The position numbers were made by a program, and so were the translations under genes. Below are positions 47,263-55,275 of a DNA stretch of 64,000 bases, in pieces. Below the pieces are notes generated by a model that saw only the letters and a program-made list of their open reading frames with translations, was not told where the DNA came from and searched no databases. The stretch is from Actinomycetota bacterium. GTDB lineage: Bacteria > Actinomycetota > UBA4738 > HRBIN12. The first letter of the stretch is position 1. Each line of letters opens with the position of its first letter. Location of the stretch: NCBI GenBank assembly GCA_040882605.1, contig JBBEAY010000017.1:96150-160149 (forward strand). Reading direction: 5' to 3'.

Positions 47263-47472
47263 ACTTGTCCGAGGGCGGGAAGTCCCCCTCACTTGCGTGG
47301 TCGAAGAGTGAGAAGTCGTACAGCCGGGTGTGCGTGCGCCACGTTCCCGTCGCCGCATCGTCTTTAACGGCGTCGACCACGACGTTGATCGAGATCCAGC
47401 GTTGCTGGGTTCGACCGACCTTGGCCCGTCGCCACGAGCTGGAGATCCCTTGCGACGAGATCGATGGCCTCC

Positions 47473-47700
47473 CTAGGGCTCCTGACGTACAAGCTCCGCG
47501 AGGGCGGCCAGGCCCATCTCGTCTGGCCCGTACTCGATGCGTCCGTCGTTCAGCCGCTCGAGGAACTCATCGCCGGTGATGCCGAGCACTTTGCGCGACT
47601 CCCGGTCGAGTTTCCGCCGGACGCCCTGCACGGTCTTCACTTCGATGATGGGCATCCTTGCGGAGCGACTGACCGATCGGCTGCCGTTTCGAGTTGCCAT
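47473..47700 (-). CDS. Small hypothetical protein (75 aa), antitoxin-like in size and context
   Basis: Track ORF 47473..47742 trimmed to the ATG after GGAGG + 7 nt. MATRNGSRSVSRSARMPIIEVKTVQGVRRKLDRESRKVLGITGDEFLERLNDGRIEYGPDEMGLAALAELVRQEP. Confidence 0.5.
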   Translation of the reverse strand: MATRNGSRSVSRSARMPIIEVKTVQGVRRKLDRESRKVLGITGDEFLERLNDGRIEYGPDEMGLAALAELVRQEP

Positions 47701-47975
47701 CGCCCTACCTCCAGCGAGGAGCCTACGTTCCAGGTACGACATGGTATCGGCACGGGCGCCGCCCGGAACAGAACGCTGGCGCTTGGGTGGGTGCCGAGCG
47801 GCGTCGTGCTACGGCCAGAGTCGCTGATCCGAGGTGCGATCAACGGTGCGTCACGCGGCGATGTGCGGCCGACAACGCGAGCGCCGTTCAACAGCTAGGG
47901 CACCGGAAGCGCCACGCGACGTAAAGACGATCGCCTGCCCACCGACCGCCCTCATCACACGCCGGTCACCTCGCC

Positions 47976-49667
47976 TCAGCCTCCGAGCGACAGGCTCCCG
48001 CCGTAGGAACCGATCGCCGTTAGCGCCGCTTCGCTCGCAGGGCCGTGTCCGGTCACGGCGGTGACGAACTCCTCGCCTTCGAGCTCGAGCAGCTCGCACT
48101 CGGTGCGCGCGACCGCGCCGGCCTGCCGTGCCACGTCGCGCAGCAAGGCGATCTCGCCGAACGAGCCCCCTGGCCCGAGCAGGTTCACGCGCTGGCCGTC
48201 GATGAGGATGTCGACCTGACCGTCGGCGACCACGTAGAAGCGTTCGCCGATGTCGCCTTGCTCGAAGATGGTCTGCCTCGCCGGCACGCGCAGCGGGCGG
48301 AGGCGGGCGGCGAGCCCCTCGAGCACCGGCGCGGGCAGCGGCGCGAAGAACGAGATGCCACGCAGCAAGGCCAGCTCACGTTCGTGCAGGGTGGCCGTCG
48401 CGTCGATCGCGACGAGCTTGCGCCACGACAGCGCCATGACGACCGGTAGGAAGCACCCGATCGCGATCAGGGTCGTACGATCGCCGAGCCAGTCGACCAA
48501 CGACGGAGTGATCGCGGCGCCGAACGCCACGCTCAGCAGGAACACCGTCTCGAGCACGCCGAACACCCTCGCCAGCACATCGTCGGAGACGCTCCGTTGC
48601 AGCAAGGTGAGGCCGGAGACGTCGACGAGTGTGTTCCCGATGCCCATCGCCGCGAGCGACACCACGGCGACGGCGGGATGCGGCCAGATGCCGATCGCGA
48701 TCAGCGGCAGCCCCCAGAGCAGGTTCCCGACGCCGAAGTCGGTCGCGAGCCGCGCCCGGCCGACGAGGAGCCCGGCGGCGAGGGCGCCGATGATACCCCC
48801 GACCCCGAAGGAGGCCGCGATTACGCCGACCCAGGCGTCGCCCTTGCCGAGCAGTTCGATCGCGATCACGACCTGCAGCACCACGAGGCAGCCCGCGATC
48901 AGCGTCTGCGCGCTGAACAAGCCAACGAGCAGGCGCGGACGTGGTTCCACGAGGACCGTTCGGAACCCGCCGGTCGCCTGCTTCCAGAACGACGGCGCCG
49001 TCGCCTCCTCGGCCGCGATCAGCTCCTCCTCGCGGCGCTCCTCCTGCTCGTCGACCTGCAGCCGTGAGATCAGGAAGGCCGACCAGGCGAAGGTCACGGC
49101 CGCGAGCACGAAGACCTCGCCCACGCCGCTCACCGCGAGCACGACTGCTCCGATCGCGGGCCCCACGAACATGCCGAAGCTCTCGACCGAGCTCGCGACG
49201 ACGTTCGAGGCCGTCAGCTCCTCGGGGGTCGACACGAGCGTCGGTGTGATGGCGGCTTGCGCGGGGCGGAAGGCGGTCGACATCACGACCCCGATCGCGG
49301 CGAGCACGTAGACGACGATCGGGCTCGCGTCGGCGAACACCGCGCTCGCCGCGAGCACGATCACCACGACCCGGCCGAGATCGGAGGCCACCATGACGAG
49401 ACGACGCGAGTGACGATCGCCGAGCACACCCATGAACGGCGCCGCGATCGCGGCGGGGATCCACCGCAGGAGCGCGACGAGACCGACCGCCTGGGCGCCG
49501 CCCCGGTCGTAGGCGTAGACCGCGAGCGCGATGCCGTAGCCCCACGTGCCGAGGTTCGAGCCCGCCCACGCGAGCTGGAGCCTGCGCAGGTTCGGATTGC
49601 GGAAGACCGAGCGCAGAGCTTCGATCGACCCCAGCGGAGCCTCGGTCGCCTCGGAGACGTCGCTCAT
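47976..49667 (-). CDS. MFS transporter fused to a C-terminal cyclic-nucleotide-binding domain
   Basis: Track ORF 47976..49865 trimmed to MSDVSEATE. About 12 TM segments, then LRGISFFAPLPAPVLEGLA...GDIGERFYVVADGQVDI...GPGGSFGEIALL (cNMP-binding beta-barrel). Confidence 0.8.
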   Translation of the reverse strand: MSDVSEATEAPLGSIEALRSVFRNPNLRRLQLAWAGSNLGTWGYGIALAVYAYDRGGAQAVGLVALLRWIPAAIAAPFMGVLGDRHSRRLVMVASDLGRVVVIVLAASAVFADASPIVVYVLAAIGVVMSTAFRPAQAAITPTLVSTPEELTASNVVASSVESFGMFVGPAIGAVVLAVSGVGEVFVLAAVTFAWSAFLISRLQVDEQEERREEELIAAEEATAPSFWKQATGGFRTVLVEPRPRLLVGLFSAQTLIAGCLVVLQVVIAIELLGKGDAWVGVIAASFGVGGIIGALAAGLLVGRARLATDFGVGNLLWGLPLIAIGIWPHPAVAVVSLAAMGIGNTLVDVSGLTLLQRSVSDDVLARVFGVLETVFLLSVAFGAAITPSLVDWLGDRTTLIAIGCFLPVVMALSWRKLVAIDATATLHERELALLRGISFFAPLPAPVLEGLAARLRPLRVPARQTIFEQGDIGERFYVVADGQVDILIDGQRVNLLGPGGSFGEIALLRDVARQAGAVARTECELLELEGEEFVTAVTGHGPASEAALTAIGSYGGSLSLGG

Positions 49668-49800
49668 GCCGCGCGGAGTGTTACATGTCGCATGCCGAGC
49701 GACATCCGGGAGCACGAACGCCCGGGCGACCAGTACGGGCGGACAACCCCAGACGGAGAGGACGAAGACGACGAGGGTGACGATGGAGACTTGGAATGAC

Positions 49801-51060
49801 TCATCGCCACAAGGCGTCGACGGGCACGACGAAGATGCGATCGTCCTGCCGGTAAGACAGCTCACCGGTGTAGAGGCACACGCCTCCTAGGAACGCGTCG
49901 CCCAACCGGGAGCGCAGCTTTCTGAGCGCGCCGAGGTCGCTGCCGGTGACCCGCGCGCCGGCCTTGACCTCCACGGCCGCCACCTTCCCGTCGTCTCGCT
50001 CGATGACCAGATCGACTTCGTCGCCGTCCCTCGTGCGCCAGTGGCCGAACTCCGCGACTCCCTCGACCCACCCGATCTGCTTGAGCATCTCTCCCGCGAC
50101 GAACGTCTCGAGGAGGTGACCGAACTCCGTCTGAGCTTGTGCGCTCCGAGCCGCGAGCTTGGACTCGGTGAGCCTCAAGAGGCGCGCAGCCAGGCCTGAG
50201 TCCACCACGTGCACCTTGGGAGCGGCCCCGACCCTCGACCCCAACGTCGTGCCCCACGCCGGCAAGCGCCGGATCAGGAACACCGCTTCGAGGAGCCTCG
50301 TGTAGTTCTCTGCCGTGGACGGATCCATCTGGACCTTGGAGGCCGCGCGCTGGATATTCAGCGTTTGACCGGTCTGGCTCGCCAGCTGCGTGAGCAAACG
50401 AGGGAGGAGCCGGCGCTGTCGGATCTTGCTCAGCTCCACGACGTCGCGCTCGATGACCTGTCGTACGTAGTCGTCGAACCATCGCGCTCGGCCGCTCGGA
50501 GATCGACTCAGTGCGATGGGGTAGCCTCCGGCGATCGCTCGCGCAACGTAGGCATCCCTGCTGGTGTGGGACTGCGGGCCCACGAGCGTCTCGGGGCTCT
50601 CGATGAGCTTGACGACGAAGCTCTCCTCGCGCTGCGCGATCTCCCCCTGGGACAACGTGAGGACATCCACGGTGTGCGCCCGCCCGGTGAGTCGCCTGGC
50701 GGCGTCAGGGAGCGAGGCGTAGTTGGTCGATCCGGTGATCACGAATCGCCCCGGCCGAAGGTCGCGATTGAGCTCCGCCTTGATGGCGTCGAGCATCTCT
50801 GGCACGTGCTGGATCTCGTCGATCAGCACCGGAGAGGGGCCCCCAGCGAAGCGGCCGGGGTCCGCTGCCACGGCACCACGTGTCGCGAGGTCGTCGAGGT
50901 CGATGACCGTCGCGCCGGCGACCCCCCCGAGCCGCCTCAGCAGGGTCGACTTCCCGACGGCGCGCGGGCCCTGGAGGATCACGACCGACTCCTCGGCTAT
51001 GAGTCCCTCGATGACCCGCTCCAGCCGTCGCGGGACAAGTCCCTTGAGCTGCGGCTCCAT
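49801..51060 (-). CDS. AAA_14/DUF4143-type ATPase (P-loop N-terminus, restriction-endonuclease-like C-terminus)
   Basis: 419-aa track ORF. VILQGPRAVGKSTLL (Walker A), VLIDEIQHVP (Walker B). C-terminal ...WRTRDGDEVDLVIERDDGKVAAVEVK (PD-(D/E)xK-like). Confidence 0.8.
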   Translation of the reverse strand: MEPQLKGLVPRRLERVIEGLIAEESVVILQGPRAVGKSTLLRRLGGVAGATVIDLDDLATRGAVAADPGRFAGGPSPVLIDEIQHVPEMLDAIKAELNRDLRPGRFVITGSTNYASLPDAARRLTGRAHTVDVLTLSQGEIAQREESFVVKLIESPETLVGPQSHTSRDAYVARAIAGGYPIALSRSPSGRARWFDDYVRQVIERDVVELSKIRQRRLLPRLLTQLASQTGQTLNIQRAASKVQMDPSTAENYTRLLEAVFLIRRLPAWGTTLGSRVGAAPKVHVVDSGLAARLLRLTESKLAARSAQAQTEFGHLLETFVAGEMLKQIGWVEGVAEFGHWRTRDGDEVDLVIERDDGKVAAVEVKAGARVTGSDLGALRKLRSRLGDAFLGGVCLYTGELSYRQDDRIFVVPVDALWR

Positions 51061-51079
51061 GCCCGAACCCTATCATGGA

Positions 51080-51141
51080 TTCCGAAACTGGAGGGCCTCT
51101 AGTTCCGTAACTGGAGGCCGACGAGCTCCGAGATCGGAGGG
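51080..51141. repeat. Three 16-bp direct repeats at exact 23-bp phasing upstream of the ATPase gene
   Basis: TTCCGAAACTGGAGGG (51080), TTCCGTAACTGGAGGC (51103), CTCCGAGATCGGAGGG (51126). They begin 20 nt upstream of the ATG at 51060. Confidence 0.7.
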
Positions 51142-51263
51142 CATCACCCGGGGTCGTTACGCAACGCAACCTCTCCACTGGACGAACAAGCGGGTGACCG
51201 GGACGAAGGCGGGCCGTCCGCCCGAAGGACGATTGCGCCTTGGATGATGCCGAACGGCGCGCC

Positions 51264-51695
51264 CTACGGCCAGAGCCGCTGGAGCGCTTCGCGGAAGCCT
51301 GGGTTCGGGTGCGCACCGGGGAGCGTCTGCGCCACGCGATCGAGTGCGTCGAGGCCGCTGATGTCCAGGTGCTGCGCGAGGTAGCCCGCGGCCACGGTGG
51401 GTGTGCGGCTCTCGGTGGCGACACAGTGCAGGAACACGGTCTTCCCCTTCGATCGCGCATCAGCGATGGCCGAGACGGTGTCGGTGAGCACGAAGTCGAG
51501 GTTGGGATTCTGGGGATGCGGTGCGTTCGGCGGCGATCGCCTGCTGATGACCACACTGCAGTCGCTGGCGGCGGAGATGGCGGGGATCCATCGACTCGCG
51601 GGGCTGGGCTTCGAGTGGGGCGTGAGCGATGGCAACTGACGCCGACGGGGAACCTTGGTCAGGTCGATCCGCGGGCAGCATCCGGTGACCAACAC
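51264..51695 (-). CDS. Cys-based PTP-loop (dual-specificity-type) phosphatase; N-terminal third poorly protein-like
   Basis: 143-aa track ORF with a GTG 8 nt after the dprA-like stop. NPNLDFVLTDTVSAIADARSKGKTVFLHCVATESRTPTVAAGYL carries an HCx5R(T) P-loop. Confidence 0.65.
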   Translation of the reverse strand: MLVTGCCPRIDLTKVPRRRQLPSLTPHSKPSPASRWIPAISAASDCSVVISRRSPPNAPHPQNPNLDFVLTDTVSAIADARSKGKTVFLHCVATESRTPTVAAGYLAQHLDISGLDALDRVAQTLPGAHPNPGFREALQRLWP

Positions 51696-51702
51696 TTAGG
51701 CG

Positions 51703-52626
51703 TTATGCGAGGAGCCGAAGCTGCCTGGAGCCGGGTGAGCCTTCGTTCTCCAACGTCGTCAGCGCGATGAGAACCTCTGCCGGTGAACGGTGGTCGACGG
51801 GTACCGCGCCACGGCCGATCAGCTCACTGTTCCCAGGGGCGATCTCCTCGGGGAAGTCCGGTACGAGGAGTTTCTTGCCAGCCTTGAGGCAGAGCTCGCC
51901 CTGCGCGAAGGAACCGCCCCGGAGCCCCGACGCCACGACCACGACTGCGTCGGAGAGAGCGGCGATCGTCGTGTTGCGTTCCATCGCCCGGTGCGGGGTC
52001 CATGTTTCTCGGGGCGCGAACCCGCTGACGTAGAGCACGCTGCCCTCAGAAGCGGAGCGCATGGTGGCTCGAGGCTTCAGCTGGTCGATGCCTTCAGCGA
52101 GGACGGCGGTGATTGTACCGCCTGCCATGAGAGCGCCTGCGTGGCTGGCCTCGTCGATGCCTGCGGCGTGTCCGGATACGACATTCAGCCCCTGTTTCGC
52201 GAGATGGGCCGCGAGCTCAGCCGCGTACTCCAGCGCCTGGGTGGGGGCGGCCCTCGCTCCGGCGATCGCGACGCCCGGCGCCGACAACAACTCGATGTTG
52301 CCGTGGACGTAGAGCACGACAGGCAGCGGCAGTGGAGCCCGGAGGCGCCACCGAGGGTACGCCTCGTCGTCGGCGCTGAGGATCCTCGCTCCCGTCACCG
52401 ACTCCGCTACATGGGGTGGCTGGGACAGGGCAGCCTTCGCTTCCTCGATATGGCGTTCACTCACTCCGCTTTCGCGGAGCTCGGCCTCGTCGGCACCCAG
52501 CAGCTCCCCGGCGCCCTTCCGCTGCTGCTCGAGCCTGTGAGCGACCTCCGCGAGACGTTTCGGCCCCATGCCGCGGACGCTCCGAAGCGACGCCCAAGCG
52601 ACAAGGTCTCGATCCATGGCCACCAC
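51703..52626 (-). CDS. DprA/Smf-like (SLOG-superfamily Rossmann) protein, accessory paralogue
   Basis: 307-aa track ORF with GAGGA + 6 nt before the GTG. N-terminal HhH-like LRSVRGMGPKRLAEV. Core VAIAGARAAP...NVVSGHAAGIDEASHAGAL...ERNTTIAALSDAVVVVAS. Confidence 0.75.
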   Translation of the reverse strand: MVAMDRDLVAWASLRSVRGMGPKRLAEVAHRLEQQRKGAGELLGADEAELRESGVSERHIEEAKAALSQPPHVAESVTGARILSADDEAYPRWRLRAPLPLPVVLYVHGNIELLSAPGVAIAGARAAPTQALEYAAELAAHLAKQGLNVVSGHAAGIDEASHAGALMAGGTITAVLAEGIDQLKPRATMRSASEGSVLYVSGFAPRETWTPHRAMERNTTIAALSDAVVVVASGLRGGSFAQGELCLKAGKKLLVPDFPEEIAPGNSELIGRGAVPVDHRSPAEVLIALTTLENEGSPGSRQLRLLA

Positions 52627-52730
52627 GCTAGTTCCTCATCGTCCGACCAGGCCGGGCGGGTCCTCGTCTCGCGCCACGAACGGTTTGAGGTGGGCAGCCC
52701 CGGCCGCTTCGATCTTGTCGCCCTGTGTGC

Positions 52731-52805
52731 GACACCGATAGTGGTGTCGATCGGGCTCGGGCAACGACGAACGCCGTCCTGACACCGATAGTGGTGTCAT
52801 CCGCG
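52731..52805. repeat. 75-bp double-palindrome element, copy B
   Basis: GACACCGATAGTGGTGTC ...32 nt... GACACCGATAGTGGTGTC. Begins 10 nt after the stop of the 52815 ORF and ends 105 nt upstream of the dprA-like start. Confidence 0.9.
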
Positions 52806-52814
52806 GGCGGATAG

Positions 52815-53066
52815 CTAGATCTTGGCGCCGGGGCTCGCCCATCCGACGAGGAAGTCCATGACCTCGAGCACGACGTCTTCGTCGGAATCGCGTTGCTGGA
52901 CGCGCAGCGTCTCTCTGACCTCTTCGAGGAGGGCCAGCAGTTGAGGGCGGGTCCACCCGTCCGCGAGGAGCCGCTTCATCTCGCTCGACAGGGCGTCGAG
53001 AGGATGCTCGCTTGCGAGCGCTGACTCGATGTCACCGCGTGCCGGGGTCATCAGATCGGGCGTCAT
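52815..53066 (-). CDS. Small hypothetical acidic protein (83 aa), immunity-protein-like in size
   Basis: Track ORF 52815..53087 trimmed to the ATG at 53066, which overlaps the upstream ORF's stop (ATGA). ...LLADGWTRPQLLALLEEVRETL...DVVLEVMDFLVGWASPGAKI. Confidence 0.5.
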   Translation of the reverse strand: MTPDLMTPARGDIESALASEHPLDALSSEMKRLLADGWTRPQLLALLEEVRETLRVQQRDSDEDVVLEVMDFLVGWASPGAKI

Positions 53067-53629
53067 GGGTCGATTATGCGCCTCCATCGCCGTCTCGTGG
53101 AGACCAGCGCCTCCTCATAGCTCTCTATCGCCATCGCTCGACGCGGCTCGAGCAAGGCGTGGCCCTCGAGATCGGGGTCCCGTCGTACCTCCAGAGTATT
53201 CGGCAGGTGACGGTCACGAAGTCGGTAGACAGGATCCTTGCCGGTCCCTCCGAGCGTCGGCGGCCGTCGATGATCGGGAAGGAACCGTGGATCGCCAAGC
53301 ACCGCTCGCGTCTGCACACCCACGTCGGCGGGACGCCCTCGATACCAGTCGAGGAAGCGGTCGCCGATGGCCGAGGGGTCGGTGGCGCCGGTCGCTGTGA
53401 CTTCCGAGATGCAGATCGCCATCTGGGTGTCGTCGGTCCACTCACCGGGATCCCATCCGCCGAGGCCTCCGCCGATCATTTTCGGTTCGTCGGGCTCGGC
53501 TCCGCCGAACTCGTACCCGGCGCCGAGCGCGTCACCGGCCGCGAGCCCGAGTAGAGCCCCAGCGATGCGATCTGGCGGTGCCTTGTTGCTCGATGTCATC
53601 ACATGGAACCTATCGCGGGCCTCCGACAC
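53063..53629 (-). pseudogene. ADP-ribosylglycohydrolase (ARH) family, N-terminal ~105 aa only, then unrelated sequence
   Basis: Track ORF. DRIAGALLGLAAGDALGAGYEFG...GEWTDDTQMAICI...GDRFLDWYRGRPADVGVQTRAVLG is a good ARH start. The remaining 80 aa lack ARH motifs, and 188 aa is far short of the ~300-aa fold. Confidence 0.6.
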
Positions 53630-53660
53630 GGCGATCAGCTGGTATGGCTCGCTATTCGGG

Positions 53661-53689
53661 TTGACACTGCAAGTTATTCATAGGAAAAT
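53661..53689 (+). promoter_or_regulatory. Candidate sigma-70-type promoter giving a leaderless abiEi mRNA
   Basis: TTGACA (53661-66), a 17-nt spacer, then GAAAAT (53684-89), ending 6 nt before the ATG at 53696. Locally AT-rich. Confidence 0.4.
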
Positions 53690-53695
53690 CCTGTC

Positions 53696-54301
53696 ATGGT
53701 GAGTGTGAGTAGCTCGATAGCCGCGAAGATCAAGGGGGCCCCTACCGGGACCTTCTTCGAGACGAGCGATCTCGCGACGCTCGGCCGCGCCGCCGCGGAA
53801 ACCTCACTTTCCAGGATTGCAGACAGGGGTGACATCGTGCGTGTGCGGCGAGGCCTCTACTGGAAGGGCCCGAAGTCTCGCTTCGGGGCCGGCGCGCCGT
53901 CCCCGCTGGCCGTCGCCTTGAAGCTGTGTGCGGAACGAGGAGTCGGCCCGACCGGATGGAGCGCCGCCGCGGCCCTCGGTGTCACGACGCAGGTGCCGGC
54001 GACACCGGAGCTCGTGGTGGTGGGGCAGGTCCCAACAGGCATCCAGGGGATCCGGTTCAGGTCGCGCTCCAACCATCGAAGGATCGGGCTTCGCTACCTC
54101 GAGGTGGCGTTGCTCGAGTTGCTGCGGCCCCCGGACATCGGGGAGGTCTCCTTCGATGCGCTTCGGGGTCGCGTCGAGGCACTGGTCGACGACAAGCAGA
54201 TCCGGTGGGATCGCGTGAGAAAGGCGGCCGAACGCGAGCCGGCGAGGGCCGGCGAGCGTCTGCGGCTCATCGCCCCGCCGGCGATGGGGGACACCGCGTA
54301 G
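53696..54301 (+). CDS. abiEi: AbiEi-family antitoxin/transcriptional regulator (type IV TA)
   Basis: 201-aa track ORF. FFETSDLATLGRAAAETSLSRIADRGDIVRVRRGLYWKG is a typical AbiEi N-terminal wHTH. Confidence 0.75.
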   Translation: MVSVSSSIAAKIKGAPTGTFFETSDLATLGRAAAETSLSRIADRGDIVRVRRGLYWKGPKSRFGAGAPSPLAVALKLCAERGVGPTGWSAAAALGVTTQVPATPELVVVGQVPTGIQGIRFRSRSNHRRIGLRYLEVALLELLRPPDIGEVSFDALRGRVEALVDDKQIRWDRVRKAAEREPARAGERLRLIAPPAMGDTA

Positions 54302-55263
54302 TGGCTCGCCTCCGGGACTCCCGCGACGACTTCATCGCGCTCATCGCCGCGGCGAGCGAGGCGACGGGGTTCCCGCTGGAGTTCATCGAGAAGGACTACT
54401 GGGTCACTGAGATCCTCCGCGCCATGTCGTTTCCCGTGCGCGACGGTCATGTCGTATTCAAGGGCGGGACGAGTTTGTCGAAGGCCTATGGACTGATTCA
54501 GAGGTTCTCCGAAGACGTCGACATCCTGGTCGTTCCGAAGACCGATCTCGGCCAGAACAGGAGGAACGACCTGCTCAAGGAACTCAGCCGGAGGACGCAG
54601 GTGCATCTCCAGTTGGGGGACGCAGCCTGCGAAGTCGAAGCACGAGGCAGGGGTCAGCATCGATCCGTGAGGTTCATGCACGAGCTGGTGAACCTCCCGG
54701 TCGCCGTGCGTCGCGGCACCTTGCTGCAGCTGGGCATGCGTGGCGGCGATGAGCCCCACGAGACACTGGAGCTCGGTTCATACCTTGCGGACGAAGCTCG
54801 AGCGCAAGGAGCCGACGACGCCTTCGAGGAGTTCGCTCCTGTCGAGATCCGAGTCCTACGCCCCGAGCGCACGCTCGTGGAGAAGCTGTACGCGGCGCAC
54901 GACTTCTGCACTGGCTTCCCGCGGTCCAGAGCCGTGCTGATCGCCGGGGTACGTCACTACTACGACATCGGGCATCTGTTGCTCGATGCAGGCGTCCTTT
55001 CAGCTCTCGGCAGCGAAGACTTCGATCTGGCCGCGCTGGTTGAAGGCGTGCGGGGGGTAAGCACGGGCTATGGTGGCGGAGCACCTCTGCCCAAGGGCGG
55101 TTTCGCCGCCAGTCCCGCGTTCGACACGTCTTCTGAGCCCTTCACGCAGCTGCGCCCTGCCTACGAACGCGTCGCCGATCTCGTCGTGGGAGCACTCATG
55201 CCGATCGATGACGTTGTGTCCCTTGTTCAGGAGCATCGGGCCTTGCTTGATCCCGGTCGGTGA
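54301..55263 (+). CDS. abiEii: AbiEii/AbiGii-family nucleotidyltransferase toxin
   Basis: Frame of track ORF 53926..55263 trimmed to a GTG at 54301 (shares 1 nt with the abiEi TAG). IEKDYWVTEILRAM, FKGGTSLSKAYGLIQRFSEDVDI. Confidence 0.8.
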   Translation: MARLRDSRDDFIALIAAASEATGFPLEFIEKDYWVTEILRAMSFPVRDGHVVFKGGTSLSKAYGLIQRFSEDVDILVVPKTDLGQNRRNDLLKELSRRTQVHLQLGDAACEVEARGRGQHRSVRFMHELVNLPVAVRRGTLLQLGMRGGDEPHETLELGSYLADEARAQGADDAFEEFAPVEIRVLRPERTLVEKLYAAHDFCTGFPRSRAVLIAGVRHYYDIGHLLLDAGVLSALGSEDFDLAALVEGVRGVSTGYGGGAPLPKGGFAASPAFDTSSEPFTQLRPAYERVADLVVGALMPIDDVVSLVQEHRALLDPGR

Positions 55264-55275
55264 GCCGCAGGTCCT

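Noticed and set aside
47188-52805. The two 75-bp repeats as att sites of an integrated element.
   Set aside because: There is no integrase, recombinase, tRNA or transposase between or beside them, and each repeat is internally palindromic, more like a REP/operator/hairpin element. It is kept as a finding, but not called a mobile element.
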